Of a stretch of 24,000 bases of DNA, positions 1 to 7,481 are shown one piece after another. The DNA is taken from assembly GCA_963715705.1 (NCBI GenBank), contig OY970267.1:95094-119093 (forward strand). Direction: 5' to 3'. The stretch comes from an uncultured Actinomycetes bacterium (GTDB taxonomy: Bacteria > Actinomycetota > Thermoleophilia > Gaiellales > Gaiellaceae). The notes beneath the pieces were generated by a model. The model saw nothing but the letters and a program-made list of their open reading frames with translations, was not told the DNA's origin and did not search any database. The stretch's first letter is position 1; the number at the start of each line of letters is the position of its first letter. The translations under genes were made by a program, and so were the position numbers.

Positions 1-474
1 CGTCGCCTCGGCGCACACGTGACCGCGGTCTGCAACACGAAGAACCTCGAGCTCGTGCGCTCGCTGGGCGCCGACGAGGCCATCGACTACCTGAACGAGG
101 ATTTCACGAAGAACGGCCAGGTATACGACGTCGTCATCGACGCGGTCGGCAAGCACGCGTACACGAAGTGCCGACGCTCGCTCCGCCCGGGCGGCATCTA
201 CGTCGCCACCGACCGGCTGCACAACTTCGTCCTCCGCTACTGGACGAGGTGGTTCGACTCGCGGAAGGTCGTGTTCCGGTTCGAGTATCCGACGCGTGAC
301 GATCTCCTCTTCTACAAGAGCCTGATCGAGGCCGGCGAGTACCGCGCGGTCATCGACCGCACCTATCCGCTCGAGGACGTCGTCGAGGCATCGAAGTACG
401 TGGAGACCTGGCAGAAGACCGGGAACGTCGTCCTGACGCTCAACGGCACTCGGCCGGAAGAGGTGACCACGTGA
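1..474 (+). CDS. MDR-superfamily NAD(P)H:quinone oxidoreductase-like protein, C-terminal part only (5' end lies outside the window); paralog 1 of 4
   Basis: Frame 1 is open from nt 1 (RRLGAHVTAVCNTKNLELVRSLGAD...). The tail ...WQKTGNVVLTL matches paralogs 2 and 3. The TGA at 472-474 overlaps the GTG start of the next gene (GTGA). Nt 7-474 align with 981-1457 at roughly 90% identity by manual alignment. Confidence 0.85.
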   Translation, partial: RRLGAHVTAVCNTKNLELVRSLGADEAIDYLNEDFTKNGQVYDVVIDAVGKHAYTKCRRSLRPGGIYVATDRLHNFVLRYWTRWFDSRKVVFRFEYPTRDDLLFYKSLIEAGEYRAVIDRTYPLEDVVEASKYVETWQKTGNVVLTLNGTRPEEVTT

Positions 475-1457
475 GGGCGGTCGTCCACGAGCGCTACGGG
501 CCGCCGGAAGTGCAGGAGATCCGCGAGGTCCCGCGGCCGGAGCCGAAGGACGACGAGCTGCTCGTCCGCGTGCGCGCGACCACCGTGAACCAGACGGACT
601 GCCATCGCCGCGCCGCCCGGCAGGTCTTCTGGCGCTTTATCGAAGGGTTCCTGCGACCCAAGCAGCAGATCCTCGGCACCGAGTTCGCCGGCGAGGTCGA
701 GGCCGTGGGCTCCGCGGTGACGGGCTTCCGGCCCGGCGACCGCGTCTTCGGCTGGCGCTGGAGCGCAGCCGCCCACGCCGAGTACCTGTGCATCCGCGAG
801 TCGGGCCTCGTCGTCCACATGCCCGAGGGCATGCCGTTCGAGGAGGCCGCGGCGATCTGCGACGGCGCGTACCAGGGTCGCTCGGCGCTGCGCGCAGGGA
901 ACGTCGGCGAGGGGACGCGGCTCGTCGTGTACGGGGCGTCCGGGTCGCTCGGCACGGCGGCGGTGCAGCTCGCGAGGCATCTCGGCGCGCACGTGACCGC
1001 GGTGTGCAACACGAAGAACCTCGAGCTCGTGCGCTCGCTGGGCGCCGACGAGGCGGTCGACTACCTGCGCGAGGACTTCACGAGGAACGGCCAGGTGTAC
1101 GACGTCGTCATCGACGCGGTCGGCAAGTACGCGTACTGGAAGTGCCGCCGCTCGCTCCGGCCCGGCGGCATCTTCGTCGCGACCGACCGGCTGCACAACC
1201 TCGTCCTCCGGTACTGGACGCGGTGGTTCGACTCGCGGAAGGTCGTGTTCCGGGTCGAGTACCCCACCCGGGACGACCTCCTCTTCTACAAGAGCCTGAT
1301 CGAGGCGGGCGAGTACCGCGCGGTCGTCGACCGTACGTACCCGCTCGAGGATGTCGTCGAGGCGACGAGGTACGTCGAGAGCTGGCAGAAGACCGGGAAC
1401 GTCGTCCTGACGCTCGCCGGAGCGAACCCGAACCGACGAGAGGAAGTGACGGCATGA
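471..1457 (+). CDS. MDR-superfamily NAD(P)H:quinone oxidoreductase / zinc-independent alcohol dehydrogenase-like protein; paralog 2 of 4
   Basis: 328-aa ORF. The N-terminus MRAVVHERYGPPEV...LLVRVRATTVNQTDC is GroES-like. The dinucleotide-binding stretch is VVYGASGSLGTAAVQLA and the C-terminus is QKTGNVVLTL. High GC3. GTGA overlap upstream and ATGA overlap downstream. Confidence 0.9.
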   Translation: MRAVVHERYGPPEVQEIREVPRPEPKDDELLVRVRATTVNQTDCHRRAARQVFWRFIEGFLRPKQQILGTEFAGEVEAVGSAVTGFRPGDRVFGWRWSAAAHAEYLCIRESGLVVHMPEGMPFEEAAAICDGAYQGRSALRAGNVGEGTRLVVYGASGSLGTAAVQLARHLGAHVTAVCNTKNLELVRSLGADEAVDYLREDFTRNGQVYDVVIDAVGKYAYWKCRRSLRPGGIFVATDRLHNLVLRYWTRWFDSRKVVFRVEYPTRDDLLFYKSLIEAGEYRAVVDRTYPLEDVVEATRYVESWQKTGNVVLTLAGANPNRREEVTA

Positions 1458-2434
1458 GAGCAGTGGTGCACGACAGGTACGGGCCTCCGGAGGTCCTGCG
1501 GCTGGAAGAGGTGGAGCGGCCTGCGCCCAAGGAGGACGAGGTCCTGGTCAAGATCCACGCCACCACTGTCAACCGCACGGACTGCCACATTCGCAAGGCC
1601 GATCCGTTCCTCTGGCGGTTCTTCGGCGCCGGGCTCCGGCGGCCGAAGCAGCGGCTGTCGGGGAGCGAGCTGGCGGGCGAGGTCGTCGAGGTCGGGCCGG
1701 CGGTGACGAAGTTCGCCGTCGGCGACCACGTCTTCGGCACGAGCGGGTACCGGTTCGGCGCGCACGCGGAGTTCATGTGCGTGCGGGAGAGCGCCCGGAT
1801 CGCGCACAAGCCAGCGGAGATGGGCTTCGAGGAGGCGGCGGCCGTCCCCGACGGCGCGCTCGCGGCGCTCATCTCGCTTCGGACTGTGGAGCCGCTTCAG
1901 GGGAAGCGGATCGTCGTCTACGGGGCGTCCGGAGCGATGGGCACCGCCGCCGTCCAGCTCGCCAAGCAGCTCGGCGCCCACGTCACGGCCGTCTGCAACA
2001 CGAAGAACGTCGAGCTCGTGCGCTCGCTCGGCGCCGACGTGGTCATCGACTACCTGCAAGAGGACTTCACGAAGAACGGCGAGACCTACGACGTGATCCT
2101 CGACGCCGTCGGCAAGCACTCGTTCAGGCGCAGCCGGCGCTCGCTGAAGCCGGACGGGCGCTTCCTCGCGACCGACCTCGGGTTCATGTGGCACGTGCCC
2201 GCGCTTGCGCTGTGGAGCAGATGGTTCGGCGACAGGAAGCTCCTGTTCACGTTCAGCGGCTCGTCGGACGACGACATGCTCTTCCTCAAGGGGCTGATCG
2301 AGACGGGGAAGTACCGCCCGGTCATCGATCGCCGCTACCCGATCGAGGAGATCGCCGAGGCGGCGAGGTACGTCGAGACGGGCCAGAAGACCGGAAACGT
2401 CGTCCTGACCTTGAACGGAGGGCCGCCGCGATGA
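1454..2434 (+). CDS. MDR-superfamily NAD(P)H:quinone oxidoreductase-like protein; paralog 3 of 4
   Basis: The ATG at 1454 overlaps the previous stop (ATGA). Sequence runs MRAVVHDRYGPPEV...VVYGASGAMGTAAVQLA...AHVTAVCNTKNVELVRSLGAD...QKTGNVVLTL. The long upstream part of ORF 788..2434 is an out-of-frame read of paralog 2 and is not coding. Confidence 0.9.
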   Translation: MRAVVHDRYGPPEVLRLEEVERPAPKEDEVLVKIHATTVNRTDCHIRKADPFLWRFFGAGLRRPKQRLSGSELAGEVVEVGPAVTKFAVGDHVFGTSGYRFGAHAEFMCVRESARIAHKPAEMGFEEAAAVPDGALAALISLRTVEPLQGKRIVVYGASGAMGTAAVQLAKQLGAHVTAVCNTKNVELVRSLGADVVIDYLQEDFTKNGETYDVILDAVGKHSFRRSRRSLKPDGRFLATDLGFMWHVPALALWSRWFGDRKLLFTFSGSSDDDMLFLKGLIETGKYRPVIDRRYPIEEIAEAARYVETGQKTGNVVLTLNGGPPR

Positions 2435-3408
2435 AGGCGGCAGTCCGGGACAGATTCGGCCCGCCCGAGGCGGTCGTCGAGCTCCGCGAGATCGAGAAGA
2501 CGGTGCCCGCGGACGACGAAGTGCTCGTGCGGGTTCGAGCGGCGTCGCTGAACATCAGCGACTGGTATGGCGTACAGGGGAGGCCGTGGGTGGGCCGCCT
2601 GATGGGCATGGGGTGGCGGGGACCGAAGGACACCAGGCTGGGAACCGACTACGCGGGGACGGTGGAAGCAGTCGGCAAGGACGTCACGCAGTTCCGGCCG
2701 GGCGAGGAGGTCTTCGGTGCGAGAACGGGCGCCCTCGCCGAGTACGTGGCCGCGAAGCACGACCGCGGGATCGTCCCGAAGCCGGCGAACGTCACGCTCG
2801 AGGAGGCCGCCGCCGTGCCCGTCGCGGCGCTCACGGCCCTCCAGGGCATTCGCGACAAGGGGCGGTTCCAGGCGGGGCAGAAGGTCCTCGTCAACGGCGC
2901 GTCCGGAGGCGTGGGCACGTTCGCGGTGCTGGTCGCCAAGGCGCTCGGAGGGGAGGTCACCGCCGTGTGCAGCAGCAGGGGCGTCGAGATCGCGCGCTCG
3001 CTCGGCGCCGATCACGTCGTCGACTACGCGAAAGAGGACTTCACCCGCAGCGATCGGCGCTACGACCTGCTGGTGGACATCCGGGGAGGCAGGTCGTGGC
3101 GGGACCTGAAGCGCGTGCTCGACCCGCAGGGGACGCTCGTCATCATCGGAGGGCCGCGGAAGAATCGCCTGCTCGGGCCGCTCGGTGGCGTGATTCGGCT
3201 CAAGCTCGCAGGAATGCTCCGGAGACGGAAGGTCGAGTTCTTCATCGCGCAGGTGAACAAGGAGGACCTGGAGTCCCTGCGCGAGCTCCTCGAGGCCGGG
3301 AAGCTGACGCCGGTGATCGACAAGACATTCGAGCTCAGCGAGGTCGCGGAGGCGTTCCGGTACATGGGCGAAGCGCACCCCCAAGGGAAGGTCGTTCTCA
3401 TCTTGTGA
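2431..3408 (+). CDS. MDR-superfamily NAD(P)H:quinone oxidoreductase-like protein; more divergent paralog 4 of 4
   Basis: The ATG at 2431 overlaps the previous stop (ATGA). Sequence runs MKAAVRDRFGPPEAV...VLVNGASGGVGTFAVLVA...GKVVLIL. Same architecture as paralogs 1-3 but clearly lower identity. Confidence 0.9.
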   Translation: MKAAVRDRFGPPEAVVELREIEKTVPADDEVLVRVRAASLNISDWYGVQGRPWVGRLMGMGWRGPKDTRLGTDYAGTVEAVGKDVTQFRPGEEVFGARTGALAEYVAAKHDRGIVPKPANVTLEEAAAVPVAALTALQGIRDKGRFQAGQKVLVNGASGGVGTFAVLVAKALGGEVTAVCSSRGVEIARSLGADHVVDYAKEDFTRSDRRYDLLVDIRGGRSWRDLKRVLDPQGTLVIIGGPRKNRLLGPLGGVIRLKLAGMLRRRKVEFFIAQVNKEDLESLRELLEAGKLTPVIDKTFELSEVAEAFRYMGEAHPQGKVVLIL

Positions 3409-3435
3409 GGTCACGCCGGCCCAGGCGAGTGTCGT

Positions 3436-3774
3436 CTAGTTGCCCACGGTCGGGTCGGGCATGAATTCCCGGACATCTTGAGCACAGCGGCAGGCGACGG
3501 CGATCTTGGCGGCCCACTCCAGCGCCTCCTCGCGTGAGCGTACGTCGACGACACAGAGTCCGCCGATCGCCTCCGGGTACGGGCCGTCGGTGACCGTTCC
3601 GTCGGTGGACACGATGCTCGCCTTCTGGTTCTCCAGTCCGCCGCCGAAGACCCACACTCCGGCGTTGATTGCCTCCTGGACCACCGCGAGCGAGGCGTTG
3701 GTCACGGCGGGCATGTCCTCCGCGGGGATGTGGTCCATCGCGTGGGCATCGAACGAGATCAGATACCGCGGCAT
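3436..3774 (-). CDS. YciI-like (YCII/DGPF-related) small protein
   Basis: Sequence MPRYLISFDAHAMDHIPAEDMPAV...GPYPE...GGLCVVDV.SREEALEWAAK, about 112 aa. A strong SD (GAGAGGAG, 3782-3789 on the minus strand) lies about 7 nt upstream of the ATG at 3774. The longer ORF reaching 3963 has lower GC3 and an implausible sequence. Confidence 0.75.
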   Translation of the reverse strand: MPRYLISFDAHAMDHIPAEDMPAVTNASLAVVQEAINAGVWVFGGGLENQKASIVSTDGTVTDGPYPEAIGGLCVVDVRSREEALEWAAKIAVACRCAQDVREFMPDPTVGN

Positions 3775-3883
3775 CGCATGACTCCTCTCTCGGCGGCCTC
3801 CTCGGGCGCGCGTAGATGTTGCTCTCGAAGGTCGACCGCTCGGCGACCCGTAACTCATCGGCCTCTGCCCAGGCTGCGTCAGG

Positions 3884-3968
3884 GGACATTCCCGAGCACT
3901 GGCGCAGATCAGTGTGATCCACTCGGGGTTTGCACAATCCGCAGGTCGCCTGTTCATGGACATTCCCG
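3884..3968. repeat. Direct repeat GGACATTCCCG (3884-3894 and 3958-3968) in the 240-bp gap upstream of the YciI-like gene
   Basis: An exact 11-mer occurs twice, 74 bp apart. On the minus strand the similarity extends to GTGC..CGGGAATGTCC..TGA.C. Each copy contains the small inverted core GGA-N3-TCC. Confidence 0.5.
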
Positions 3969-4013
3969 CACCAGCTCAAGTCACCGGTGCATCCCTTCAA
4001 CGCCGGTTGACTG

Positions 4014-5366
4014 CTACACGACGAACTCGTCGGCGACGGCAAGTGCCTCGTCGAGAATCGCGATCCCCTCGTCGAGCTCCTCGATGGTCGTGTTCAGCGG
4101 CGGGCAGACCATCACCATGTTCCAGCGGGTCATCAGATAGAGGCCGTTGTCGAGTGCCGCCTTCGCCATCCGGGCGACCGGAGCGAGCTCCTGCCCGGTC
4201 GGGTTGAAGGGAACAAGAGGCTCGCGCGTCTCGCGGTTCTTGACCAGCTCGAGGCCCCACAAGCACCCCAGCCCCCGCACGTCTCCAATCGAGGGATGGC
4301 GTTCCTGGAGCCCGAGGAGCCGACGCTCGAACTCGGGGCCCATCGACGACGCGTGCTGGACGATCCCTTCCTCCTGGAAGGTCTCGATCGATGCCACGGC
4401 GGAGGCGCAGGCGAGCGGATGACCGCTGTACGTGAGTCCGCTCGCGAAGTACTTGTCGCGTACCCAGTCTGCAATCTCCTCCCTGAAGATCATTGCGGCC
4501 AGTGGGACGTAGCCCGAGTTGATGCCCTTGGCGACGACGAGGATGTCCGGCACGACGTTCCAGTTCTCGCAGGCGAACCACTTGCCGGTGCGACCGAAGC
4601 CGGCGATCACCTCGTCGCAAATGAGCAGGACGCCATGGCGGTCGCAGGTCTCACGGATCGATTGGAGGTAGCCGTCTGGGGGGACGATGACCCCGTTCGG
4701 CCCGACGACCGTCTCGAGGATGACCGCCGCGACGTTGTCAGGCCCCTCGTACTGGAGCAGCTCCTCCAGGTGCGGGCCGCCGCTGCAGACCGGACATGGA
4801 TCGGGGTGGCCGGCGGGGCAGCGGTAGGTGTAGGGATCGAGCATCCGGACGACTCCCGGAATTCCAGGCTCCGCGGGCCAGCGCCGCGGATCTCCGGTCA
4901 GGGTGATCGCGCCGGCCGTCGCGCCGTGGTAGGAGCGGTAGCGGGCGATGATCTTGTGCCGCCCCGTGTACCAGCGGGCGAGCTTGATCGCGTTTTCGTT
5001 CGCCTCCGCACCGCCGTTCGTGAAGAACGACATCGTCAGGTCGCCGGGAGTGACCTCCGCCAGGAGCCGCCCTAGCCGCGAGCGTGACGCGCTCGCCATC
5101 GGCGCACCGATCGTGCACAGCTGCTCGGCCTGATCCCTGATCGCCGCGACGATCTTCGGATGCTCGTGGCCGAGCGCGAGGTTGACGAGCTGCGAGGCGA
5201 AGTCGAGGTAGCGCTTCCCTTCGTAGTCCCAGAAGTAGCGCCCCTCGCCGCCGGCGACCGCGATCGGGGAAATCGCGTCCTGCACCGACCAGGAGTACAG
5301 GACGTAGCGCCGGGCATCATCGACAATCTGCCGCCCGAACTCGGCGTCGACCCCGACGGTCGCCAT
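4014..5366 (-). CDS. Class III PLP-dependent aminotransferase (omega-transaminase type; aspartate aminotransferase superfamily)
   Basis: 450 aa. Motifs seen: SFFTNGGAEANENAIK; LICDEVIAGFGRTGKWFA; the PLP-lysine context DILVVAKGINSGYVPL. The ATG at 5366 has AGGA about 7 nt upstream. Confidence 0.9.
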   Translation of the reverse strand: MATVGVDAEFGRQIVDDARRYVLYSWSVQDAISPIAVAGGEGRYFWDYEGKRYLDFASQLVNLALGHEHPKIVAAIRDQAEQLCTIGAPMASASRSRLGRLLAEVTPGDLTMSFFTNGGAEANENAIKLARWYTGRHKIIARYRSYHGATAGAITLTGDPRRWPAEPGIPGVVRMLDPYTYRCPAGHPDPCPVCSGGPHLEELLQYEGPDNVAAVILETVVGPNGVIVPPDGYLQSIRETCDRHGVLLICDEVIAGFGRTGKWFACENWNVVPDILVVAKGINSGYVPLAAMIFREEIADWVRDKYFASGLTYSGHPLACASAVASIETFQEEGIVQHASSMGPEFERRLLGLQERHPSIGDVRGLGCLWGLELVKNRETREPLVPFNPTGQELAPVARMAKAALDNGLYLMTRWNMVMVCPPLNTTIEELDEGIAILDEALAVADEFVV

Positions 5367-5446
5367 GTTTCGATCCTATAGCCGCAACCCGCTTCGTTAC
5401 GAGCCGGCGATGTTAGGGTGCCCGGTCTACCGGGTAAGCGAGCCGC

Positions 5447-5728
5447 ATGATGGATGAAAGACCTCTGGGGATCGTGATCGCACTCGTGGGCGCGGTCGGT
5501 TTGGCTGTCTCGGCGTTCGCGGATCCGCTCGGGATCGGCGAGGGCGAAGTGTTCGGCTGGTTGCAGACCACCGGCGTCATCATCGGAGGAATCGTGCTGC
5601 TGCTCGGCCTCGCGATGGCGATGGAGTGGGTTCCGTATCCCGGACGCTCGCGTACCGACACGACCGCCGACTCGACGCAGAACACCACGATCGTCACCGA
5701 CGCGCCCCCTCGCGACCCGACACCCTGA
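5447..5728 (+). CDS. Small hypothetical membrane protein (two predicted TM helices)
   Basis: 93-aa ORF with high GC3. Two hydrophobic segments (LGIVIALVGAVGLAVSAF; TTGVIIGGIVLLLGLAMAM) are followed by a Thr/Asp-rich tail. I recognise no family and the SD is weak. Confidence 0.45.
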   Translation: MMDERPLGIVIALVGAVGLAVSAFADPLGIGEGEVFGWLQTTGVIIGGIVLLLGLAMAMEWVPYPGRSRTDTTADSTQNTTIVTDAPPRDPTP

Positions 5729-5775
5729 GCTTCGGTTTCGGCGAACGGGCGCACGCCGCGGGCCCCGGCTAACGG

Positions 5776-6402
5776 CTATCCGGCTCGGGCGAGCCGACGG
5801 ATCGTGCGGGCCGGAACGGCGAGGAAGAGCGCGATCCCGAGGTAGAGCGCGACGGCGACGACGGGCAGGACCAGGCCGACCCCGATCGCGACGAGGTAGA
5901 GCACGTACGTCGGGCGGTAGCGACGCGCCGAGGCAGCGGTCTCCGCGTCGATGTGGTCCTTCAGCAGAGGGCGCTGCTCGGACGCGTAGCGGATCAGGAA
6001 CGTCAGCGAGATCATGAGCGCCAGCAGCGTCAGCCCGTAGAAGACGACCGCGACCCGCTCCGCGTCGTCGTCGTCGATGAATTCGCTGACGAGCTTCGTC
6101 GGGAAGGGCAGGAACGACGCGAGCAGGAGCACCAGCAGATTTAGTCGGTAAAGGGTGCCGTCGGCCGCGCGCAGCGCACCGGTGATCGTGGAGTGCGCCA
6201 TCCAGACGACGCCGATCGTCAGGAAGCTAGTGACGTACGCGAGATAGGACGGCCACTCCTCGAGGATCGAACGCAGCGCATGGTCGGCCGCGTCGGGCTC
6301 GACGGCCAGCTCGAGGACGAGCAGCGTGATCGCGATCGCGAAGACGCCGTCGCTGAGCGCTTCGAGCCGCCCGAGCGGCAGCTGTCCGGGAACGGCTGAC
6401 AC
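5776..6402 (-). CDS. TMEM175 / DUF1211 family membrane protein (putative K+ channel family)
   Basis: The hallmark N-terminal motif RLEALSDGVFAIAITLLVLEL is followed by about 6 hydrophobic segments. I place the start at the GTG at 6402, which has no clear SD. The upstream part of ORF 5776..6924 is Arg-rich nonsense that overlaps the LysE gene in another frame. Confidence 0.75.
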   Translation of the reverse strand: MSAVPGQLPLGRLEALSDGVFAIAITLLVLELAVEPDAADHALRSILEEWPSYLAYVTSFLTIGVVWMAHSTITGALRAADGTLYRLNLLVLLLASFLPFPTKLVSEFIDDDDAERVAVVFYGLTLLALMISLTFLIRYASEQRPLLKDHIDAETAASARRYRPTYVLYLVAIGVGLVLPVVAVALYLGIALFLAVPARTIRRLARAG

Positions 6403-6455
6403 GCGAACGACGGTAGAGACGGGATCTGACGGAACGCGCTCGGTGAGCGCGGGAG

Positions 6456-7073
6456 CTATCTGCGCTCGAACGCGAGCCTGAGGCCGAGCGCCGTCAGCAC
6501 CGCGCCCGCCACGGCGTTGACGAGGCGACGAACCGCCGGGCGTCGCAGGAGCGCGCCGGCCTCGGCGACGAGCAGCGCGTAGCCGGTGAGCCAGACGAGG
6601 CCCATGGCGATGAAGACGCCGGCGAGCAGGAACGTCTGCGCGACCTCCGAGCCGCCGCGGTCGACGAACTGCGGGATGAGTGTCGTGTAGACGACCGCGA
6701 TCTTCGGGTTGAAGAGGTTCGAGAGCAGTCCCTGCCGGAACGGAGAGCTCCTGCGCCGTTGTCCGCCGCTCGGGGAGTCGTGCATCGCTCCTCTCCACGC
6801 GTCTAGGAGCGCGCGCACACCGAGCCAGACGAGGTAGACGGCTCCCGCGAGCTTGAGCACCGTGAACGCGGTTCCGGAGGCTTGGATGACCGCGGCGACA
6901 CCGAGCGCGGCGGCGAAAGCCCACACGAGCAGTCCGGCGTTGATCCCGAGCGCTGTCGCGACCGCGGCGCGCCGCCCGTCGGCCACGCCGTTCCGGAGCA
7001 CGAGCGCCATGTCCGGCCCGGGCACGACGACGATCAGCGCGGCGACGCCGGCGAAGGCGGCGACGTCTTCCAT
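6456..7073 (-). CDS. LysE/RhtB family amino-acid exporter
   Basis: Sequence MEDVAAFAGVAALIVVVPGPDMALVLRNG...FNPKIAVVYTTLIPQF..., about 205 aa with about 6 TM segments, typical of LysE. Start is the ATG at 7073; the longer ORF to 7982 is antisense to the hydrolase gene. Confidence 0.85.
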   Translation of the reverse strand: MEDVAAFAGVAALIVVVPGPDMALVLRNGVADGRRAAVATALGINAGLLVWAFAAALGVAAVIQASGTAFTVLKLAGAVYLVWLGVRALLDAWRGAMHDSPSGGQRRRSSPFRQGLLSNLFNPKIAVVYTTLIPQFVDRGGSEVAQTFLLAGVFIAMGLVWLTGYALLVAEAGALLRRPAVRRLVNAVAGAVLTALGLRLAFERR

Positions 7074-7127
7074 CGCGCGATCGTACAGCGGGCGAGTCGG
7101 GGCGCCCGAAGCGCGTAGACTCGACGG

Positions 7128-7164
7128 GCGTGCTCGTGCCCGCGGATCGACGATCCGAGCACGC
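7128..7164. promoter_or_regulatory. Nested inverted repeat in the LysE / SemiSWEET divergent intergenic region
   Basis: GCGTGCTCG (7128-7136) and CGAGCACGC (7156-7164) form a perfect 9-bp inverted repeat. It encloses the near-palindrome GATCGaCGATC (7145-7155). The centre lies about 63 nt from the SemiSWEET ATG and about 73 nt from the LysE ATG. Confidence 0.35.
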
Positions 7165-7208
7165 GGCCTCCTCGGGCGTGACCTTGTCGTTCGATTCGAG
7201 GAGAACTC

Positions 7209-7481
7209 ATGGAATCCACATTCGCCTTCGCGGCCGCGACGTGGGCCATCGCCATGGCGCTCAGTCCCGCGCTGCAGATTCGCAGGATCGTCGAGCTGAA
7301 GAGCGCCCGCGGCGTCTCGATCGCGTACTTCCTCGTCCTGTTCGTGGGCTTCGTGCTGTGGCTCGCGTACGGGATCGCGGCGGACAACTTCGCGCTGATC
7401 ATCCCGAACGCGCTGGCGGTGGTCGTGACCGGGGCGACTGTCGCGGTGACGTTGCGCTATCGCGGCCGAGCACCTCTCTAG
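7209..7481 (+). CDS. SemiSWEET / PQ-loop family small transporter (3 TM)
   Basis: 90 aa with three hydrophobic helices. The pattern ...SPALQIRRIVELKSARGVS...LWLAYGIAADNFALIIPNAL... fits the SemiSWEET pattern as I remember it. SD GAGGAG at 7198-7203. Confidence 0.75.
   Translation: MESTFAFAAATWAIAMALSPALQIRRIVELKSARGVSIAYFLVLFVGFVLWLAYGIAADNFALIIPNALAVVVTGATVAVTLRYRGRAPL

Noticed and set aside
7-1457. Whether the two ~90% identical MDR copies could be a template/variable repeat pair of a diversity-generating retroelement or another targeted hypermutation system.
   Set aside because: The mismatches I listed include all substitution types and are mostly synonymous third-position changes, not adenine-specific. 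No reverse transcriptase gene is present in the window.
3775-3963. A 63-codon N-terminal extension of the YciI-like ORF (start at 3963).
   Set aside because: GC3 is lower and the sequence is implausible (MSMNRRPADCANPEW...). The internal ATG at 3774 has a strong SD and matches the usual MPRYL... start of this family.
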